A stretch of DNA of 32,000 nt from Gemmata obscuriglobus. Lineage in GTDB: Bacteria > Planctomycetota > Planctomycetia > Gemmatales > Gemmataceae. Positions 25,928 to 32,000 of the stretch are shown one piece after another. The DNA is taken from the NCBI RefSeq assembly GCF_008065095.1, contig NZ_CP042911.1:6780001-6812000 (forward strand), read 5' to 3'. Made by a program: the position numbers and the translations under genes. Each line of letters opens with the position of its first letter. The first letter of the stretch is position 1. The notes under the pieces were generated by a model that saw only the letters and a list, made by a program, of their open reading frames with translations, searched no databases and was not told the DNA's origin.

Positions 25928-27220
25928 ATGCGTTCCGTCTTGGCCATCATTTTGGGGGGCGGTCGGGGCACCCGGCTGTTCCCGCTCACCAAATCACGGT
26001 CCAAGCCGGCCGTGCCTGTGGCGGGTAAGTACCGCCTCATCGACATCCCGATCTCGAACTGCATTAACAGTGAGCTGCACAGCATTTACGTGCTGACGCA
26101 GTTCCTCAGCGTGAGCCTCCACCGGCACATCGCGAACACCTACAAGTTCGACATGTTCAGTAAGGGGTTCGTCGAGGTACTTGCGGCGCAGCAGACCAAC
26201 GAGAGCGCCGACTGGTACCAGGGCACCGCGGACGCGGTCCGGCAGAACCTGTCCTACATCGAGCGAGAAGACCCGGACGAGGTGCTCATTCTGTCGGGTG
26301 ACCAACTGTACCGGATGGACTTCCGACAACTGTTCGAGACGCACCGGGCGTGCAAGGCCGACATCACCCTCGCGGCGATCCCGGTGCCGGAGCGCGACAC
26401 TGTGGGGTTCGGTCTGTTGAGTATGGACGCCCAGAGCCGCGTCACCGGGTTCGTGGAGAAGCCCAAAACGCCGGAAGAGCGAGCACCGTACTACACGTCG
26501 GCTGAGTGGATCGAGCGCCGCGGGATCGAGTGCCGGAACCGTCACTACCTCGCCAACATGGGTATTTACCTTTTCAAAACGCCGGTCCTGTACGAGCTGC
26601 TCACCGCCAAGCCGCTCGCGACCGACTTCGGCAAAGAGGTGTTCCCCCGGAACTACAAGACCAAGAACATCTGTGCGCACCTGTTCGACGGGTACTGGGA
26701 AGACCTGGGCACCATTCGGAGCTACCACGAAGCGAGCCTGGCGCTGGCGGGGTCGAACCCGCCGTTCGACTTCTTCGCGCCCGAGGGCGTCATTTACACC
26801 CGGATGAGGAACCTGCCGGCGAGCCGGATCAACGGCGCGTCGCTGGCCCAGAGCGTTGTAGCCGACGGGTGCGTGATCGGGGCCGACACGCGCATCGAGC
26901 GGAGCCTGGTCGGAGTGCGAAGTCGGATCGGTAACAACTGCTTGATCCGCGACACGGTGGTGATCGGGGCCGACAAGTTCGAGACCGACGCGCAACGAGC
27001 GGAGAACAAGAAGAAGGGCCGCCCGGACCTGAACATCGGCAACAACAGCGTGATCGCGCAGGCCATTCTGGACAAGGACTGTCGAATCGGTCACGGGGTG
27101 CGGCTCACCAACGAGAGCGGCATCCAGGAAATGGACGGACCGGGCGGATCGTTTCACATCCGCGACGGAATCATCTGCGTACCCCGTGGGGGAATCATCC
27201 CGGACGGTACCGTCGTGTGA
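25928..27220 (+). CDS. glgC: Glucose-1-phosphate adenylyltransferase (ADP-glucose pyrophosphorylase)
   Basis: MRSVLAIILGGGRGTRLFPLTKSRSKPAVPVAGKYRLIDIPISNCINS is the canonical GlgC N-terminus. It is followed by WYQGTADAV, ILSGDQLYRMD and a C-terminal left-handed beta-helix region. Confidence 0.95.
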   Translation: MRSVLAIILGGGRGTRLFPLTKSRSKPAVPVAGKYRLIDIPISNCINSELHSIYVLTQFLSVSLHRHIANTYKFDMFSKGFVEVLAAQQTNESADWYQGTADAVRQNLSYIEREDPDEVLILSGDQLYRMDFRQLFETHRACKADITLAAIPVPERDTVGFGLLSMDAQSRVTGFVEKPKTPEERAPYYTSAEWIERRGIECRNRHYLANMGIYLFKTPVLYELLTAKPLATDFGKEVFPRNYKTKNICAHLFDGYWEDLGTIRSYHEASLALAGSNPPFDFFAPEGVIYTRMRNLPASRINGASLAQSVVADGCVIGADTRIERSLVGVRSRIGNNCLIRDTVVIGADKFETDAQRAENKKKGRPDLNIGNNSVIAQAILDKDCRIGHGVRLTNESGIQEMDGPGGSFHIRDGIICVPRGGIIPDGTVV

Positions 27221-27244
27221 GAGCGGCTCTGCTCTTTTTGGGTC

Positions 27245-27299
27245 GCGACGCCGGCCCGGTTCCGCTTCTCTTCAAGAAGCGGAACCGGGCCGGCGTCGC
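27245..27299. terminator. Perfect 24-25 bp inverted repeat between convergent genes (bidirectional terminator candidate)
   Basis: GCGACGCCGGCCCGGTTCCGCTTC (27245-27268) and GAAGCGGAACCGGGCCGGCGTCGC (27276-27299) are exact reverse complements. They lie between the glgC stop (27220) and the stop of the minus-strand gene (27363). Confidence 0.6.
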
Positions 27300-27362
27300 A
27301 ATCCAGCTAGCGACCAAAAACACCTCATCACCGATGACAGACGCGTGTAACCGCCCGGGGCA

Positions 27363-28730
27363 TCACTTCCGTTCTTCAATCTTCTTCGTCACGCTCAGGC
27401 TCCGAACAATCCGCGTGACCTCCGGGCGCACCGACGTGTCATCTGCGGGCAGCCGTGCGGCGATCGTCACCCCGCCGTCGGTTTGTTTCAGAACCGCGTA
27501 CTCCAACCGCACTTTATCGGAGCCGATCGTCGCGTCGATCGAGAACCGGTCGAGTTGCACCGGCTCGGCGCGCAACCGCACCGGCTTTTCGGTCGCGGAA
27601 ATCTGGGCCTTTTGTTTGGCCAGAAAGCCACTCACTTCTTTCAAGTAGTCGTCGGCAGAGGGCACCTTTGCGGGGGACTCGATCGTGATCAGAAGCCCGG
27701 CGCCCCGGGCGTGGTCGAGCGTCACCTGTTTACCCTGCACCGCCCCCACCCGCCAGCCGCGGGCGTACAGGAACCGAACCCCCAGGTCCTCGTTGTCGTA
27801 CAGGAGTAGCGTGTTCTCCGGGGTACGGGTCAACGTGACGTCACGCAGCGACGCGTCCGAGAGGTCGGCGGGCATCTTCGCGACGGCGGACCGCGTCATC
27901 GTGAACTGACCCTCAACGACCCCGAGCGTTTGCCCCTTACCGTCGAGCAACTCGTGCGTGCCCTTGACCGACAAGTAATGAAGGAGGTTCGCGTCGAGGT
28001 CGAAGTACGCGGTGCCCTCGATCTTCTGGCGGCTCGGCCCGTCGAGGTTCACGCCGCGCACCGTCCCGTTCAGTTTCAGCCGCGCCAGTCGGCGGTCGTT
28101 CAGTTTCGCGACACCCACGAACTCGACCGTAATGTCACCCGCTTCAACCTGTTCGAGGTCAGTCAGTTCGGCGACCGCAACAGCAGACGCCTTCCAGCTC
28201 TGACCGGGTTTCACGGGCGCGGAAGGGAGCAGACCTGGAACCAGTGCCGGGTTGAACACGTCGGTACGGACGACGTCGATCTCGCCCCAGGTGAGCGGAC
28301 CGTCCGGTGAAAACGGGGCCTTGCGGTTTCCTGAGCGCACCAGCACCATCCGGCGAACCGACGGCCGGATGCCGGCGTCCTGCTTGACTTCGCCGACTAT
28401 GCGTTCGAAAGAAACGTCGCGGTAAACCCGTATCGTTTTGAGTAACGTCTTGTCTTCTGCTAATTCGTCCGTTTCGGGTTTCAGCAGCCGCTCTTCGTAA
28501 GTGAGCTTACTTGTCCCCGTCACCGGTACCAGTTGCGCGGATTTCCCCTTCTCGGTTGGGGGCAGTGAGAGTTTACCGGTGAGCTTAACTTGCACTTCCA
28601 CCTTGGTGGTGTGCCCGTGTTTGAACGGCTCGGACAGGAGCAGGCTCTCTTGAGCGGCCACCGGCTTCGCGAATGACGCGAGAAGCAGCATTGAAAAAGC
28701 GATTCGGCTTAATTGAAGGGCTGATCGCAT
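27363..28730 (-). CDS. Secreted hypothetical protein (~455 aa)
   Basis: Track ORF 27363..28748. ATG 28730 is preferred because GGTGAGGA lies 4-5 nt upstream. The signal peptide is MRSALQLSRIAFSMLLLASFAKPVAAQE. The composition is beta-rich and protein-like throughout. I recognise no family. Confidence 0.7.
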   Translation of the reverse strand: MRSALQLSRIAFSMLLLASFAKPVAAQESLLLSEPFKHGHTTKVEVQVKLTGKLSLPPTEKGKSAQLVPVTGTSKLTYEERLLKPETDELAEDKTLLKTIRVYRDVSFERIVGEVKQDAGIRPSVRRMVLVRSGNRKAPFSPDGPLTWGEIDVVRTDVFNPALVPGLLPSAPVKPGQSWKASAVAVAELTDLEQVEAGDITVEFVGVAKLNDRRLARLKLNGTVRGVNLDGPSRQKIEGTAYFDLDANLLHYLSVKGTHELLDGKGQTLGVVEGQFTMTRSAVAKMPADLSDASLRDVTLTRTPENTLLLYDNEDLGVRFLYARGWRVGAVQGKQVTLDHARGAGLLITIESPAKVPSADDYLKEVSGFLAKQKAQISATEKPVRLRAEPVQLDRFSIDATIGSDKVRLEYAVLKQTDGGVTIAARLPADDTSVRPEVTRIVRSLSVTKKIEERK

Positions 28731-29446
28731 GACATCCTCACCGGTCAATGTCGCACCATTTTACAACGGCTTTTAAACTGGCTGGACACGAACTTACGGC
28801 GAAGTTGGCTTCGCCTCTCCGGCTGCTCAAGCTGTGACCTTTTTAACGACTGGGCAAAATATGAGCCCTGTCCCGAGTTGATCTAAGTGGTACGGCGTGG
28901 TTTGCAAAAAAGAGCACATTGAAGAAAACGGAGTGTCTTTCCGACAGTTCGCCAGACTTCGCTCACTACTAAGAGGAAAAAAAGCGACAAAATCCCGCAG
29001 CGCAAGTGCTGCTTATGAAAGGGCTAGTGAAATCTCGGGGCAGCTTTCATGCGTTGTTTGTTTCGCATTGGCAAGCGGCGTGCTTCTTCCACTAGCGACT
29101 TCGCAACCAGACGTACCCCGAGATTGATACGGAAAAGCGTCCCGTTCCAGTCGGAACGTGTGAATTGCCTGAACAGGTGAACCTCAAGAGCGGCTAAAGC
29201 TATCCAATCCAACGGTTTGGTGCAAGGGGAGCTTTTCGGTCACGAAGTCGCCGCGCGAAGCGTTTAGGTAAGACCGGCGGGTTGTGAAGAGTATTTCGCA
29301 GTAGCGAACGAGCCTCTGAAACCCTCGCCGGGTCATGGCGAATAACAGATTGGTGTACCGAATCAATTGTACCGCCGGAGTCTAGTGCTCCGGCGTTCAG
29401 ATAGATCTGAGCCACAGCGGGCGCCGCCCGCGGCCGGGAGGAGCCG

Positions 29447-31147
29447 GTGAACACGTTCAAGAATTACGCACTGAAGGAACTGACCGAGCAGCAGACCCGG
29501 TTCGCACCGGCCGCGCGTCGGCAGCTCCAGATTGCTAACGCGCAGAAGTTGCTGAGCGAAATCGAGCCGAGCAAGGCTTACCCGTACCAGTACGTCTGCT
29601 TTCGCGTCACCGAGTTCCGCTCCGACGCTCACGCGGACCTGTTGCTGAGCGGCGAGAGCCTCAAGCACGACCTCGCGCAGTTCGTCCGACGGGTCGAGCG
29701 GTCACTGCCGGCGCAACCGGTCGAGCAGACCGTCGAGCCGATGCTCACGCTCGACGAGGTGAGCCAGAAGTTCAACGTCTCGACCAAGACAATTTCGCGG
29801 TGGCGGGTTAAGGGGTTGGCCGCCCGGCGGGTAAAAGTCAACGGGCGTAGCCAACTCGGGTTCCCGACCGCGGCGGTGGAAAAGTTCGTCGCGGAACACA
29901 AGGTGCTTGTGGAGAAAGGCGCCCGGTTCAGCCACCTCACGGACGCCGAAAAAGAGGGCATTCTGAAGCTGGCACGGGAGATGCGAGACGCCGGCGGGTC
30001 GCTTACTGAAGTGAGCAAGAAGATCGCTAACCAGTTGCACCGCAGCCCGGAGGCGGTCCGGTACACGATCAAGAATTTTGACCGCGTCCACCCGGAAGGG
30101 GCGCTGTACCCGCACACCGCCGGTCCGCTCAGTGAGGCCGCGAAGCAGGAGATTTACATGGCGAAGCGGCAACACGAGATCGATCTGAAAAACGCCAACC
30201 CCGCGGGGGACACCGTGAGCTCCATAGCCAAACGATTCGGCCGGACCCGGACCAGCATGTACCGCGTGGTGAACGAGGTGCGTGCCAAGGAACTGGTTCA
30301 GCAGCCGATCGATTACATGTACAACCCGGACTTCGACGACCCGTCGAAGGAAGCCGAGATCGTCGCCGACATGCCGGGACAGGGCGAGTTCGACGCCAAA
30401 CGGGCCGGTAAGACACCGCCGAAGGACGTGCCGCCGCACATGGCCCACTTGTACGAGTGGCCGCTGCTCACAAAGGAGCAGGAGCAGCACGTGTTCCGGA
30501 AGATGAATTTCCTCAAGCACAAGCTGCACCAGTTGCAGAGCGCCATCGACCCGGCCCGTGCGACGGTCGATGAGTTGAGGCGGGCGGAGCAGTTGAGGCA
30601 GGGGGTGCGCGACACCCGCGATGTGCTCATTAATTGCAACCAGCGGCTGGTGTACGCCCAGGCGAAGCAGAAGCTGGCACTGGGCGAGAACATCGACGAC
30701 TTGGTGAGCGACGGCAACCTGTCGCTGATGCGTGCGGTGGAAAAGTTCGACTACGCTCGCGGTAACAAGTTCTCGACCTACGCCACGTGGGCGATCATGA
30801 AGAACTTCGCGCGGTCGATCCCGGACGCGAAGACCCACAAACAGCGCTACATGACGGGCCACGACGAGCTGTTCGAAGCGAAGGCGGACATTCGCACCGA
30901 CGAGCAAGAGGTGCTCGCCCTGGCCGATCAGGCCCGCGCCCGGGTGAACCGGCTGCTCGATCACCTCGACGCCCGCACCCGCGAAGTGATCCGGATGCGC
31001 ACCGGGTTGGACGGTTCGGAAGAGATGACTCTGGAGCAAATCGGCCAGCACTTCGGAATTACGAAGGAGCGGGTGCGGCAGATCAACGTCCGCGGGATGA
31101 AGATGCTTCGGGAGTGGGCGGCGAAGGAGAACGTCGAAGTGCCGTAA
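29447..31147 (+). CDS. Sigma-70 family RNA polymerase sigma factor with a ~330-aa N-terminal extension
   Basis: GTG start with GGGAGGAG 3-4 nt upstream. Region 2 is DDLVSDGNLSLMRAVEKFDYARGNKFSTYATWAIMKNFARSI. Region 4 is LDARTREVIRMRTGLDGSEEMTLEQIGQHFGITKERVRQINVRGMKMLRE. Confidence 0.9.
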   Translation: MNTFKNYALKELTEQQTRFAPAARRQLQIANAQKLLSEIEPSKAYPYQYVCFRVTEFRSDAHADLLLSGESLKHDLAQFVRRVERSLPAQPVEQTVEPMLTLDEVSQKFNVSTKTISRWRVKGLAARRVKVNGRSQLGFPTAAVEKFVAEHKVLVEKGARFSHLTDAEKEGILKLAREMRDAGGSLTEVSKKIANQLHRSPEAVRYTIKNFDRVHPEGALYPHTAGPLSEAAKQEIYMAKRQHEIDLKNANPAGDTVSSIAKRFGRTRTSMYRVVNEVRAKELVQQPIDYMYNPDFDDPSKEAEIVADMPGQGEFDAKRAGKTPPKDVPPHMAHLYEWPLLTKEQEQHVFRKMNFLKHKLHQLQSAIDPARATVDELRRAEQLRQGVRDTRDVLINCNQRLVYAQAKQKLALGENIDDLVSDGNLSLMRAVEKFDYARGNKFSTYATWAIMKNFARSIPDAKTHKQRYMTGHDELFEAKADIRTDEQEVLALADQARARVNRLLDHLDARTREVIRMRTGLDGSEEMTLEQIGQHFGITKERVRQINVRGMKMLREWAAKENVEVP

Positions 31148-31647
31148 TCGGTCTCCGGATTGCGATAAGCCGTTAAACACGGCTCACCCAGGAAGCGGGG
31201 TGGGCTGTGTTCATTTTAAGGCCAGAATTGCCAGAATCAGATCACTATTGTCGTAAAACCTTCGTTCGCGGCGTGCAACACCTCAAGCGGTTCACCAAAA
31301 ACCAGCCCAACAACGCACACATCCAAACGCGAGAATGCCAGTTCAGGCTGAATGCAGCCGATCAATCCCAACCGAACAGCACCTTCTTCGCGGCGTGGAA
31401 CACGGATGCTACTTTGCCGCGGTCTGTTCGGGTAGCGGCACATTGTAGACGGAGAAAACGGGGTTTGCCCGTCGAAATATCGATCATCTGGCTCAGGCAC
31501 TTCCAGTTGAGCAGGACGCATCACAGGCTGCGGGCTTCGGGTCAAAAGTCCGATCGCCGAAAGTCGCGAATCCAGTGATAGCAACTTTTTGAGTTAGCAA
31601 CTTACTGATCTGACGACGTTTGACTTGAAGTCCTAAAGCAAGAAGTC

Positions 31648-31679
31648 GTCCTCATGAGCCGTTGATGACTCATGAGGAC
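31648..31679. other. 11-bp perfect hairpin in non-coding-looking DNA
   Basis: GTCCTCATGAG (31648-31658), a 10-nt loop, then CTCATGAGGAC (31669-31679). It sits in an ~850-nt stretch with no convincing CDS. Confidence 0.4.
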
Positions 31680-32000
31680 GCGGAGGTGGGCACGGCAAGT
31701 CCAAGTCGTGTACGGATCATGCCCGTCACGCCGCCCTTGTTGTGCGCGCGCTGGAATAAATATGGCGACGTACTGGTGGAGGTAGTGCTTACGGAGCCTA
31801 CGGAATGGGCGCAGGGAAATAGTAGGCCGGCGGACGCTAGGTGCCGCGGAGCGGGGTTCCGGTGTACGCTGAGAACACCCGCTCACCGAGGAAGCACCGG
31901 TAATCCATTACAGGCACCCGGAGCCGGGCCGAAACACAGATCCCATCGAACTGCCTGCAACGCGGTTAGGAGAGCCCGTCCGGATGCCATATCCCGCTGA

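Noticed and set aside
25994-27157. 387-aa minus-strand ORF opposite glgC
   Set aside because: It is an antisense shadow of a canonical GlgC.
29702-31180. 492-aa minus-strand ORF opposite the sigma factor gene
   Set aside because: It is an antisense shadow. The + strand carries sigma-70 regions 2 and 4.
31207-31584. Overlapping 123-aa (+) and 115-aa (-) ORFs as real genes or a transposase remnant
   Set aside because: They mutually overlap and lack the third-position GC bias of genes in this window. I recognise no DDE, HTH, PIN or other motif. Homology searches could overturn this rejection.
31680-32000. RNase P RNA, tmRNA or SRP RNA identity for the right-edge region
   Set aside because: The conserved cores I know are absent on both strands: GAGGAAAGTCCGGGC and ACAGAACCCGGCTTA for RNase P, the tRNA-like GGTTCGA(A/T)TCC end for tmRNA, and GGAAGGAAGCAGC for SRP. 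Only vague fragments are present.

Overview
High-GC (~65-70%) bacterial chromosomal window. The gene architectures suggest Planctomycetota (Gemmata-like), but this is inference: Ser/Thr kinases with an N-terminal helical module or an FGE-sulfatase fusion, signal-peptide PQQ-like propellers, a long sigma-70 with N-terminal HTH modules, and long ~50% GC intergenic spacers. I support about 21 protein-coding genes, one frameshifted gene, several intrinsic-terminator hairpins and one near-consensus promoter. I found no rRNA, tRNA, CRISPR array or clear mobile element. Many of the longest ORFs in the supplied track are Arg/Pro/Gly-rich antisense shadow ORFs of real genes. These include 1..3123+, 2009..3700-, 14866..17073+, 19571..21112+, 21809..23647+, 25994..27157- and 29702..31180-. 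The real gene at 1..3726 (minus strand, MASE1 plus multi-PAS sensor) is missing from the track because it runs off the window. Recognisable genes are glgC, an HPII-type catalase (katE-like), a class I/II aminotransferase, a likely methyltransferase / C-N hydrolase / MarC operon, a DEDDh exonuclease, a WD40 protein, a cytoplasmic VIT-vWA protein, an SMI1/KNR4 (SUKH) protein, DUF2891, a PQQ-like propeller and a sigma-70 factor. I see no clearly defined multi-gene novel system. The observations most worth follow-up: (1) an orphan terminator plus an alanine-run mini-ORF abutting the aminotransferase ribosome-binding site, a candidate leader-peptide attenuator; (2) an orphan GC-stem/U9 terminator in a 636-nt gap, a candidate sRNA or riboswitch; (3) an apparently active STK-FGE fusion kinase and a predicted pseudokinase flanking the aminotransferase; (4) a cluster of VIT-vWA, WD40, exonuclease and SUKH genes; (5) a 1-nt frameshift in a secreted-protein gene; (6) about 850 nt of non-coding-looking sequence running off the right edge. 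Hairpin coordinates were counted by hand and may be off by 1-2 nt.
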